Assembly (NCBI GenBank): GCA_025455125.1
Contig: JALONE010000002.1
Span: forward strand, 1-28,036
Origin: Bacteroidota bacterium
Lineage (GTDB): Bacteria; Bacteroidota; Ignavibacteria; UBA10030
Direction of reading: 5' to 3'
DNA length: 28,036 nt
Below are positions 1 to 7,894 of this stretch, one piece after another. A program made the position numbers and the translations under genes. Every line of letters starts with the position of its first letter. Within the stretch, counting starts at the first letter, position 1. The notes under the pieces were generated by a model, which was not told where the DNA came from, did no database searches, and saw nothing but the letters and a program-made list of their open reading frames with translations.

Positions 1-6
1 GATCGG

Positions 7-114
7 AAGTCAAAACTCTTAAGTCAAAAGGGTTGGCCGAAGCGCAAGACCACCACGAGATCTCACTGATTTACCGAGACGGAACCTCTGTGATAATCTG
101 TGAAATCAGTGGTG
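7..114. repeat. Composite intergenic repeat: 31-nt GTCAAAA-heptamer arm (7-37) plus imperfect hairpin (51-114)
   Basis: 7-37 aagtcaaaactcttaagtcaaaagggttggc matches the reverse complement of 26623-26653 at 27/31. tcactgattt (63-72) pairs with aaatcagtgg (103-112). Confidence 0.7.
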
Positions 115-190
115 AATCAGTTGCCCGTCTCAATTCTTCAAAAACAGGCCCGACCATTATCCCAGGCCCGATTCCAGAGATTTGCCGCCT

Positions 191-2344
191 ATGACCTCCC
201 CCTATCGCCTCCCAGCACTCACCCTCGGCCTGGCGTCCATCGTCACCCAGACCATCCTGCTGCGAGAATTCCTGACCGTCTTCCAAGGCAACGAATTGGT
301 GCTCGGGATCCTGCTGGGTAATTGGCTGCTGTTGACCGGCATGGGAGCCGCGCTCGGCCGATTTGCGGTTCGTGGCCGGAACACGTCCATCGCCGGATCG
401 CTTTCCCTGCTTGCCTTGGCCCTCCTTCCTCTTCTCACGATCGTCTCGCTTCCACTTCTGCGTGCGTGGATCTTCTCTCCGGGCAGCATCATGGGCATCA
501 TGGAATGCTTGCTCGGCTCGTTTCTCCTTCTGCTTCCGTTCTGTCTCGTCGCCGGCGCATCCTTCGTTATCTGGACGAACGCCGCTTCGTACCACAACAC
601 AGAGAATCCGGTTACCGATGTCTACGCGCTCGAATCCCTCGGCAGTGTCGTCGGCGGGATCGGCTTCTCTCTCCCGCTGATCTTCTTCCTGACGGCGGTG
701 CAAGCCGCTCTTCTGCTGGGATCACTGATTCTTCTGACCGTGATCATCCATGGTCGTGTGACCTCGCAACGTCAATTCATCGTGCTCGGCGGTGTCGGCT
801 TGTTTCTGTTCGCCGCCCTGTTCTTCTGTGTGAATCTCGACCTGGCGCTCCGACAACTCCTCTTTCCCGGCCAGTCGATCGTCGCGTATCGCGACACGCC
901 GTACGGAAAGCTGACCGTCACGCGGCAGGAGGAACAGCTCAACGTGTTTGAGAACGACATCCTGCTCTGCTCGACCGGCGATCCCGTTGCACGTGAAGAG
1001 ATGGTGCACTTTGCGATGGTCCAACATCCCGAGCCTCATCGCGTCCTTCTCATTGGCGGGGGATTGTCGGGAGCGCCGATGGAGATCCTCAAATACGCTG
1101 TCCAGCGTGTCGACTACACCGAGATCGACCCGGAGGTCATCGCCGTCGGTCGCTCGATGACCCATGCGCTGTTCGATCCACGGATTTTCCCGATCGTCGC
1201 CGATGGACGGACCGTGGTTCGTAATGCGGGCGGAACATATGACGTCGTGCTCGTCAATGTTCCCGATCCTTCCACGGCGCAGCTGCATCGGTACTATTCG
1301 CGCGAGTTCGCTCAAGAGGTCCGTCGTGCGCTTCGGCCCGGAGGGGTCGTCGCTTTTTCCCTGAGTTCTTCCGGAGAGTATCATGGCACGGCGGCACGAC
1401 AGGTGTCATCGGTTCTGTATCGGACCTTGGGCAGTGTCTTCGCCCGCGTGCTGGTCGTTCCGGGGACGAGAAACTACTTCCTCGCATCGGACGGCATCCT
1501 GGGGTACGCGGTGACGCAAAGCATCGAGGAGCGGCAGATCCCGACGACATATGTCAACCGGGACTATGTCAATGACGACCAGCTTGCGCGGCGGGGAATG
1601 CAGATCGTTGCATCGCTTGACACGACGGCGATGTTCACCACTGATTTCAATCCCGTTGCGTATGCCCGTCAACTGGACCTGTGGGCAAGCATGGTCGGTT
1701 TTGATCCGCTTCTTATCATCGTTGTCGTGCTCGCGGGAACCGCTTTTCTGTTGAGCCGGCTGGATGCCGCACGGATCGGGATGTTCGCTGGCGGCTGTTC
1801 CGCGGCGGCTCTGCAATTCCTCATCCTGCTTTCATTTCAAATCATCTATGGCTACGTCTACCATGTGCTCGGTCTCTTGATCGCTGTGTTCATGGCAGGA
1901 TTGGCGCTCGGCGCTTGGTGGGGGCGCCGCTGGGCAACCGCACGAGGACGATTGAACTTTGCGGTCGTTCAGGCGGCGATCGCCGGTGCTGTGGTGCTTC
2001 TCGTTCCGCTGACGACAATGCTGGGTTCGTTTGACATTCCGATCATCCCCGGTGCATCGCTGCTTTCCCTTGAAACCGCGGTCATGGGACTTCTCGTCGG
2101 CATGCTGTTCTCGCTGGCATCGAGTCTTATCCACAACACATCGACTGCTGTCGCCGCGAGCCTCTATTCCGTCGACCTCATCGGGTCTGCGGTAGGCGCT
2201 CTCCTCGTCTCCGCGTTTCTCGTCCCCGCATTCGGCGTTCATCCGGTCGTGTATGGAATCGCGGGACTGATGGCCGCGAGCGCGATTCTGACGTTCATCG
2301 CGCTGCGACAGCCGGCGCATGCCGCCAGGGAGCGTGCAAGATGA
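191..2344 (+). CDS. Multi-pass membrane protein with central spermidine-synthase-like (class I SAM-binding) domain (fused MFS/spermidine synthase type)
   Basis: Hydrophobic N- and C-terminal helices (YALESLGSVVGG, LYSVDLIGSAVG) flank a soluble domain with VLLIGGGLSG, YTEIDPEV, DGR and YDVVLVNVPDP. The ORF track starts at TTG 182; ATG 191 is preferred. Confidence 0.85.
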   Translation: MTSPYRLPALTLGLASIVTQTILLREFLTVFQGNELVLGILLGNWLLLTGMGAALGRFAVRGRNTSIAGSLSLLALALLPLLTIVSLPLLRAWIFSPGSIMGIMECLLGSFLLLLPFCLVAGASFVIWTNAASYHNTENPVTDVYALESLGSVVGGIGFSLPLIFFLTAVQAALLLGSLILLTVIIHGRVTSQRQFIVLGGVGLFLFAALFFCVNLDLALRQLLFPGQSIVAYRDTPYGKLTVTRQEEQLNVFENDILLCSTGDPVAREEMVHFAMVQHPEPHRVLLIGGGLSGAPMEILKYAVQRVDYTEIDPEVIAVGRSMTHALFDPRIFPIVADGRTVVRNAGGTYDVVLVNVPDPSTAQLHRYYSREFAQEVRRALRPGGVVAFSLSSSGEYHGTAARQVSSVLYRTLGSVFARVLVVPGTRNYFLASDGILGYAVTQSIEERQIPTTYVNRDYVNDDQLARRGMQIVASLDTTAMFTTDFNPVAYARQLDLWASMVGFDPLLIIVVVLAGTAFLLSRLDAARIGMFAGGCSAAALQFLILLSFQIIYGYVYHVLGLLIAVFMAGLALGAWWGRRWATARGRLNFAVVQAAIAGAVVLLVPLTTMLGSFDIPIIPGASLLSLETAVMGLLVGMLFSLASSLIHNTSTAVAASLYSVDLIGSAVGALLVSAFLVPAFGVHPVVYGIAGLMAASAILTFIALRQPAHAARERAR

Positions 2345-3465
2345 AACAGCTTCAAGCATCCATTTCGTATTCACGCCGTACATTCGCGCGGAACTGCCTT
2401 CTCTGTGCCGGTGGGTTGGCGATGGGGTTTTCCACCCGACAGCGAACTGACCGACATATCAAGGAGGCGCTCTTCTATGAAAAGACCGCACACGGTCTGC
2501 AGTGCCGCAAGTGTCCGCATGAATGCGTGTTGGAAGAGGGTGAAACAGGGATCTGCCGGAACCGCGTCAATCGCGGCGGCGTCATGTACTCGACCGCGTA
2601 TGGCAATCCATGCGCCGTACATGTCGATCCAATCGAGAAGAAGCCGTTCTTCCATTTTCTGCCGGGCACGCGGGCGTATTCGATCGCCGCGGCTGGATGC
2701 AATCTCCGTTGCTTGAATTGTCAGAACTGGCAGATCTCTCAGGTGACTCCGGCGGAGACACTCAACGACGATCTGATGCCGAATGCGGTCGTCACGGAAT
2801 GCATCGCCGAGCGCTGTGAATCGATCGCGTACACGTATTCAGAACCAACGATGTTCTACGAGTATACGCTCGACACATCCGCGATCGCGCGCGAGCGGAA
2901 GATCAAGAACCTGCTGAAGTCCAGCGGGTACATCAACGATGCGCCGTTGCGGAAACTGTCCCGGACACTCGATGCGGCGAACATCGACCTGAAAGCGTAC
3001 GACGACGACATTTATCAGCGCCTGAGCGGCGCGCGACTTGCTCCGGTTCTGCACACCTTGAAGGTATTGAAGGAAGAAGGAGTGTGGCTGGAGATCACCA
3101 ACCTCGTGATCCCCCGCTGGACGGACGACATGGATCTCATCAAGCGGATGTGTGATTGGCTCGCATCCAACGGATTCACTGAGACGCCGCTTCACTTCTC
3201 GCGATTCATTCCTCTGTACAAGCTGACGCAGCTCCCACTGACCCCGGTCGCAGTGCTTGAACGCGCGCATGAGATCGCGCGGAAGGCGGGACTGCAGTAC
3301 GTCTACATTGGTAATGTCCCCGATCACGCGGCCGAGAGCACGTTCTGCCCTTCGTGCACGAAGGTCGTCATTGAGCGACGAGGATTCAGCATCCGATCCC
3401 GGCACATCACCGACGGACGGTGTGACCATTGCAAGCAGACAATCGCCGGCGTCTGGGGGACCTGA
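2341..3465 (+). CDS. amrS: AmmeMemoRadiSam system radical SAM enzyme
   Basis: CxxCPHxC N-terminus, HVDPIEKKPFFHFLPG, CxxxCxxC (GCNLRCLNCQNW), YTYSEPT, NIDLKA, LEITNLVIP, HFSRF, YVYIGNVP and C-terminal CPxC/CxxC. An ATGA overlap with the upstream gene suggests translational coupling. Confidence 0.92.
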   Translation: MKQLQASISYSRRTFARNCLLCAGGLAMGFSTRQRTDRHIKEALFYEKTAHGLQCRKCPHECVLEEGETGICRNRVNRGGVMYSTAYGNPCAVHVDPIEKKPFFHFLPGTRAYSIAAAGCNLRCLNCQNWQISQVTPAETLNDDLMPNAVVTECIAERCESIAYTYSEPTMFYEYTLDTSAIARERKIKNLLKSSGYINDAPLRKLSRTLDAANIDLKAYDDDIYQRLSGARLAPVLHTLKVLKEEGVWLEITNLVIPRWTDDMDLIKRMCDWLASNGFTETPLHFSRFIPLYKLTQLPLTPVAVLERAHEIARKAGLQYVYIGNVPDHAAESTFCPSCTKVVIERRGFSIRSRHITDGRCDHCKQTIAGVWGT

Positions 3466-3541
3466 GGGTCGATTGACTTTTCCCGGTCGATTCGTTATCT
3501 AAGAAAGAATCCCGACACGTGTTGCCGCACCGAGCCTCCTC

Positions 3542-4036
3542 ATGCCGTCATCGTCCTCATCAACGATCATGCATCACATTCTTCATGCAATACGCGACGC
3601 GCTGGATGGATTCCTCTTCCGCTTGCAGCAGCATGTCGCGCTGCGAGTCGCGATCGGCATCTTCGTGATCATCCTGATGTCGAATCTCGTTGCCCTCGTG
3701 GATCTTTTCCTTCGTCCGGAGATCCCGTACTTTGACACGCAGCATATCGTCGTCGGGTTGGTGACCGGTTCGGTGACCACGGTGTTGTTCGGGATGCTGT
3801 CGATCTATGTCGCAAGCATGAAGCGGGCGATGCGGGAGATCAAGACGTTGGAGGGATTGCTGCCAATCTGCAGCCGGTGCAACAAGATCCGGACGCCGGA
3901 CAATCGGTGGGATGTTCTGGAGAAGTTCATTCAGGAGCGCACGGAGGCGACCTTCACACACAGCCTTTGCCCTGAGTGCGCACGCGCGCTCTATCCGGAG
4001 ATGTATGCGGGGGATAAGCCGGGAGAACGGGGCTAG
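3542..4036 (+). CDS. Small membrane protein (2 TM) with C-terminal Cx2C-x26-Hx2Cx2C putative Zn-binding domain
   Basis: Two hydrophobic stretches, a short helix, then LEGLLPICSRCNKIR...W...FTHSLCPEC. The start could be 3542 or the later ATG (MHHIL). Confidence 0.8.
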   Translation: MPSSSSSTIMHHILHAIRDALDGFLFRLQQHVALRVAIGIFVIILMSNLVALVDLFLRPEIPYFDTQHIVVGLVTGSVTTVLFGMLSIYVASMKRAMREIKTLEGLLPICSRCNKIRTPDNRWDVLEKFIQERTEATFTHSLCPECARALYPEMYAGDKPGERG

Positions 4037-4122
4037 AAGATCGGCACGCAAAGAACGCCAAGGTACGAAGATCGCTGGAGTGGCGGCTACGCGATCTGCT
4101 TGTAACGCAGTCTTCCCTCGGA

Positions 4123-6090
4123 TTACCGTAGCGCCCGTTTGACCGTTTCCGCAAGATGTGCGCTCCGGAAGGGCTTCTGGAGAATTTCCCGCACTCCTGA
4201 TTGCTCCAGCATCTCCCGATCGTCATGAAGCTGGTATCCCGTGATCAACACGACGGGACAGTCCGGTGAGATCCCCGTCACGTGCTTGGCGATCTCCAGG
4301 CCGCTCATCCCCGGCATGGTCAGGTCCGTGATCACCGCATCAAATTCGTACGGCGCTGCCCTGAACTCCCTGAGGGCTTCGTGCGGGTCGGAATGCATCC
4401 GCACTTCATACCCATGATCGATCAGCAGATCATGCGTCACCTGAAGCGCTTCCTGCTGGTCATCCACAAGAAGGATTCTCTTCGGCGTGCTCAGCGCTGG
4501 CTGCGCCTCATCCGATATCGCCGGCTCGGATACCTGATCGTCTTCTGCGAGCGGCAGAAAGACCGATACCGTGGTGCCCACCTCTGGCTTGCTGTCGACA
4601 CGGATCATCCCGCCATGGCTCGTCACGATCCCGTGCACCACGGCCAATCCCAATCCCGTTCCTTTTCCCGGCGTCTTCGTCGTGAAGAACGGTTCGAAAA
4701 TGCGCGGGAGGATCTCCGGCGGGATGCCGTGACCGCTATCCTCAACGCGGAGAACGACATACTTCCCGGACGCCAAGTCGGTCTCCCCATGCTTCACCGT
4801 ACCTACATCCTCCTTGACGCGAATGACACCGCCATCCGGCTCCATCGCCTGCGCGGCGTTCAGGCAGAGGTTCACGATGACCTGATGGATTTGCGCGTGG
4901 TCGACATAGATGGGAAGCGGGGCCGGATGGAACTCCGTCTCGATCCGGATGTGCGTGGGGATAAGCGACTGAACGATCCCGATCGCTTCCTGAGCGATCT
5001 GCTGCATCGGCGACGCCTGCCGCTCGGTCACCTGTCGCCGGCTGAACGTCAGCATTTGTTGTACCAGCAGGCGTGCCCGTTCCGCGCTGGCAAGGATCCG
5101 GTCGAAGTACTTCGCCAGCGGATTCTCCTCCCCGCCCTTGCGGAGACCGACCTCGGCATTCCCCATCACCGCGACGAGGATGTTGTTGAAGTCATGCGCG
5201 ATGCCGCCGGCCATCACGCCGAGGCTTTCCATCTTCTGAGACTGGAGCAATCGCCGTTCCAGATTCAGCCGTTCTTCTTCAGAGCGCTTTCGGTCGGCGA
5301 TCTCCTGCGCGAGGTTCTCGTTGATGTGCTGGAGATCCGCGGTCCGTTCCCGCACGCGGGCTTCAAGCTCCGCATTCGTGTTCCGCACCCGGTCCCGTTC
5401 GCGCGCAAGGTGGTGCGTGAGATAGAAATCACGACGACCGTTCTTTTCGCTCACGTAGGAGCTCATCATCCCGATGATATTCGCCGCGACGAGGAAGAAG
5501 GTGTTGCTCACCAGGACGTCGACAGGGATGCGCGTGAACAACGGAGTGGTGAGTTGATAGAGCAGAACGACGATCCAGCCGGCAACGCTCGCCAGAATGA
5601 AGCGCTGACGCGCGAGCGAATACCCGTACATAAAGACAAGGATCAATCCCGCGTAGTAGAGGAACGAGGTCGGCGGCGGCGTGAGCGCAGTCATAACGAT
5701 GAAGCCGCTGCCGGTCACAACAACCATTCCCATCATGAGCCAATGGATGTACCGCCATGCGCCACGAAGATGGGAAGCCAGCAGGACGAGGAGCGCACCC
5801 GGGCAAAGGATGGCGAATCGAATGAGCCACAGCACGTACTTGTGGGTCGATAGTAGATAGGCGTCGAGGATGCCGAACAGGCCGATCAGGATCGTGCCAG
5901 AGATGAGCACCAAGCGGATTGGAGGGATGGAACTCCGCTTGTACCATTCCAGGAATGGCTGTTCGAGCGACGCGTCCTTCCCCGTGAATGCGAGGGTGAA
6001 CGCGTGAACGGACATATGGGGTATGTCTGTCGGGTACGGCGTATCAACCTCCGGGCGTGGTGCAGCCCGATCTATGATTTTCGATTCCAT
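4123..6090 (-). CDS. Hybrid sensor histidine kinase/response regulator with ~6-TM N-terminal domain
   Basis: H-box GGIAHDFNN, N-box QVIVNLCLNA, G1 DSGHGI, F-box FEPFFTTK, G2 GTGLGL, and a C-terminal receiver (LLVDD, ITDLTMPGMSG, KP). Confidence 0.95.
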   Translation of the reverse strand: MESKIIDRAAPRPEVDTPYPTDIPHMSVHAFTLAFTGKDASLEQPFLEWYKRSSIPPIRLVLISGTILIGLFGILDAYLLSTHKYVLWLIRFAILCPGALLVLLASHLRGAWRYIHWLMMGMVVVTGSGFIVMTALTPPPTSFLYYAGLILVFMYGYSLARQRFILASVAGWIVVLLYQLTTPLFTRIPVDVLVSNTFFLVAANIIGMMSSYVSEKNGRRDFYLTHHLARERDRVRNTNAELEARVRERTADLQHINENLAQEIADRKRSEEERLNLERRLLQSQKMESLGVMAGGIAHDFNNILVAVMGNAEVGLRKGGEENPLAKYFDRILASAERARLLVQQMLTFSRRQVTERQASPMQQIAQEAIGIVQSLIPTHIRIETEFHPAPLPIYVDHAQIHQVIVNLCLNAAQAMEPDGGVIRVKEDVGTVKHGETDLASGKYVVLRVEDSGHGIPPEILPRIFEPFFTTKTPGKGTGLGLAVVHGIVTSHGGMIRVDSKPEVGTTVSVFLPLAEDDQVSEPAISDEAQPALSTPKRILLVDDQQEALQVTHDLLIDHGYEVRMHSDPHEALREFRAAPYEFDAVITDLTMPGMSGLEIAKHVTGISPDCPVVLITGYQLHDDREMLEQSGVREILQKPFRSAHLAETVKRALR

Positions 6091-6211
6091 CTGGAGGCGG
6101 TCAGTTGGAGTATGGGTGCTTGTTGAAGCGATTCAAGATACGGATTTGGAGAGAGAACGTGAAGGATTTCTTTCCTTTTGTAAGAGCATTCTAACGTGGT
6201 ATCGACTCGGA

Positions 6212-6227
6212 TGTGAGATTCATCACC
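6212..6227. promoter_or_regulatory. CRP/FNR-family-like box TGTGA-N6-TCACC
   Basis: tgtga-gattca-tcacc in the divergent spacer between the kinase and the hemerythrin gene; one mismatch to TGTGA-N6-TCACA. Confidence 0.4.
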
Positions 6228-6251
6228 GATGAACCATCTTAATAAGAATTC

Positions 6252-6260
6252 TGTTATACT
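6252..6260 (+). promoter_or_regulatory. Extended -10 promoter (TGnTATACT) for the hemerythrin-luxR genes
   Basis: tg-t-tatact about 40 bp upstream of GTG 6302; SD-like gaaaggaa precedes the start. Confidence 0.55.
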
Positions 6261-6301
6261 TCAGGAAGAGGAATCCCTCTGGCAGCGAAAGGAACATTGA
6301 C

Positions 6302-7033
6302 GTGAAACTCCTGACGGCCGATATGAAGTTGGCCGAGATCGTGCACTCAAACTATCTGCTTATTCCCGTCCTGAACCGGTTCGGCATCCGTCTCGGCTTC
6401 GGCGAGAAGACCGTCCGCACCGTCTGTAGTGAACGCCGCATCAACCTGGAGTTCTTCCTCGCCATCGTGAACGCGTTCAGCAACGAAGACTTCTTTCCGG
6501 AAGCTCGTCTCCGTACGGTGAACGTTTTGACGATCGTCGACTACCTTCGCACCACGCATGCCTACTACATCCACGCGCAGATCCCCCGCATCGAGCGGCT
6601 TCTCCGATCCCTCGCACGGAGCAAGACCCGCCGGACAAAGGGGGTGGTGCTCGCACAGCGTTTTTTCCAGGAGTACAAGCGGGAGCTGTTGGCGCACTTG
6701 AAGCGGGAGGAGGAGGTGACATTCCCTTACGTCGAGCAGGTGTACCGGCTGCACCGATCACGGCGGTCCCGCGGGAACAAGGATCTCCTCGCGCGGTACT
6801 CCATGCGGGCATACGAGGAGGAGCATGACAACGTCGACGAGAAACTCGACGACCTGAAGAACATCCTGATCAAGTATGTTTCGAGTGGACCGGACGATGA
6901 TACGCTGAACACCGTCATCTTCGAGCTCTTCCGCCTGGAACGGGATATCATCGACCACACACGGATCGAGGACACGATCCTTCGCCCGATCGTCGCCGAG
7001 ATGGAACAGGCCATCCAGCGCACCGCACGGTGA
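6302..7033 (+). CDS. Hemerythrin (HHE) domain protein with ScdA_N-like N-terminus (RIC/YtfE-related)
   Basis: N-terminal LIPVLNRFGIRLGFGEKTV. Candidate di-iron ligands in THAYY, HLKREEE, EEHD and HTRIED. GTG start with SD. Confidence 0.85.
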   Translation: MKLLTADMKLAEIVHSNYLLIPVLNRFGIRLGFGEKTVRTVCSERRINLEFFLAIVNAFSNEDFFPEARLRTVNVLTIVDYLRTTHAYYIHAQIPRIERLLRSLARSKTRRTKGVVLAQRFFQEYKRELLAHLKREEEVTFPYVEQVYRLHRSRRSRGNKDLLARYSMRAYEEEHDNVDEKLDDLKNILIKYVSSGPDDDTLNTVIFELFRLERDIIDHTRIEDTILRPIVAEMEQAIQRTAR

Positions 7034-7037
7034 TCGC

Positions 7038-7607
7038 ATGTCCGCCAGCTCACGCATTCTTCTCGTCACGCCGAACCGGCTCGTCGGCATTGGATTGAAG
7101 AAGCTCCTGTTGGAGTACTTCTCACCGCTGGACGTGTCGATCGTTGCCGATCTCGGCGATGTTCCCGAACTTCGATCCTTCGATGTGGCATTTCTTTCTT
7201 CCGACTCCTACGTACTCTATCGCGATCGGTTCGCCGCCATTTCGACGACGCCCGTCATTCTTACGGAAGGAGCCGGCGTTTCAGAATCGCGCGAGGTCCC
7301 GTTGACGGTGAACGTGACGGGGACGGAATCCGAGATTGTGGAACAGGTGCAGCGGGGATTATCGGCCCACCGACCGGGCCGCGGTCACAGCAAGGCGGAA
7401 CATCTTTCAGCGCGCGAGGTTGGGGTGTTGCGACTCGTCGCCCGCGGTTACCTCAACAAGCAGATCGCCGACAAGCTCTCGATAAGTCTTCACACGGTCA
7501 TCTCCCACCGGAAGAACATCACCCGAAAACTCGGCATCAAGACGGTCTCGGGTCTCACCATCTACGCGTTGTTGAACGGCTTGGTCAGTTCGAAGGATGT
7601 GGGGTGA
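7038..7607 (+). CDS. LuxR-family HTH regulator with degenerate receiver-like N-terminus
   Basis: C-terminal LSAREVGVLRLVARGYLNKQIADKLSISLHTVISHRKNITRKLG; starts 4 bp after the hemerythrin stop. Confidence 0.9.
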   Translation: MSASSRILLVTPNRLVGIGLKKLLLEYFSPLDVSIVADLGDVPELRSFDVAFLSSDSYVLYRDRFAAISTTPVILTEGAGVSESREVPLTVNVTGTESEIVEQVQRGLSAHRPGRGHSKAEHLSAREVGVLRLVARGYLNKQIADKLSISLHTVISHRKNITRKLGIKTVSGLTIYALLNGLVSSKDVG

Positions 7608-7619
7608 GAGAAACGGGTG

Positions 7620-7771
7620 CCAAGATCGCAAGAGACAAGAGCCAAACAAGAACCAATGGCCAACCCGCCAAGAGCCAATGGCGGTGTTATGAGCAGAGCA
7701 CACAAGGATACAAACTCAAATATCCATCCGTGCTTATCCGCTTTTCATCCGTGGCTATCCGTGTTCGTCTT
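7620..7771 (+). repeat. 152-bp direct repeat, copy 1
   Basis: ccaagatcgcaagagacaagagcc...atccgtggctatccgtgttcgtctt; ungapped match to 8829-8980 with 7 mismatches. Confidence 0.95.
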
Positions 7772-7803
7772 AGAACGAAACAGAATACATTGAGCCTGGC
7801 TTA

Positions 7804-7823
7804 TGTGTGACCGATGTCACACA
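7804..7823. promoter_or_regulatory. Perfect palindrome containing a consensus CRP-type box (TGTGA-N6-TCACA)
   Basis: tgtgtgac-cgat-gtcacaca, ending 71 bp upstream of the lipoprotein start. Confidence 0.6.
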
Positions 7824-7894
7824 CAAAATTTCTCTCTGGGTGTTCTAGTTAGTGGCTGTCCAGAACATCCATCAACAACCAATTTGGAGTTTTC

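Noticed and set aside
3473-3501. sigma70 promoter TTGACT-N17-TATCTA for the 3542 gene
   Set aside because: Good -35, but the -10 lacks the conserved final T; too weak to list as a feature.
4282-5853. 523-aa ORF on the + strand
   Set aside because: Fully antisense to the well-supported hybrid kinase, with no recognisable motifs; a typical shadow ORF of GC-rich DNA.
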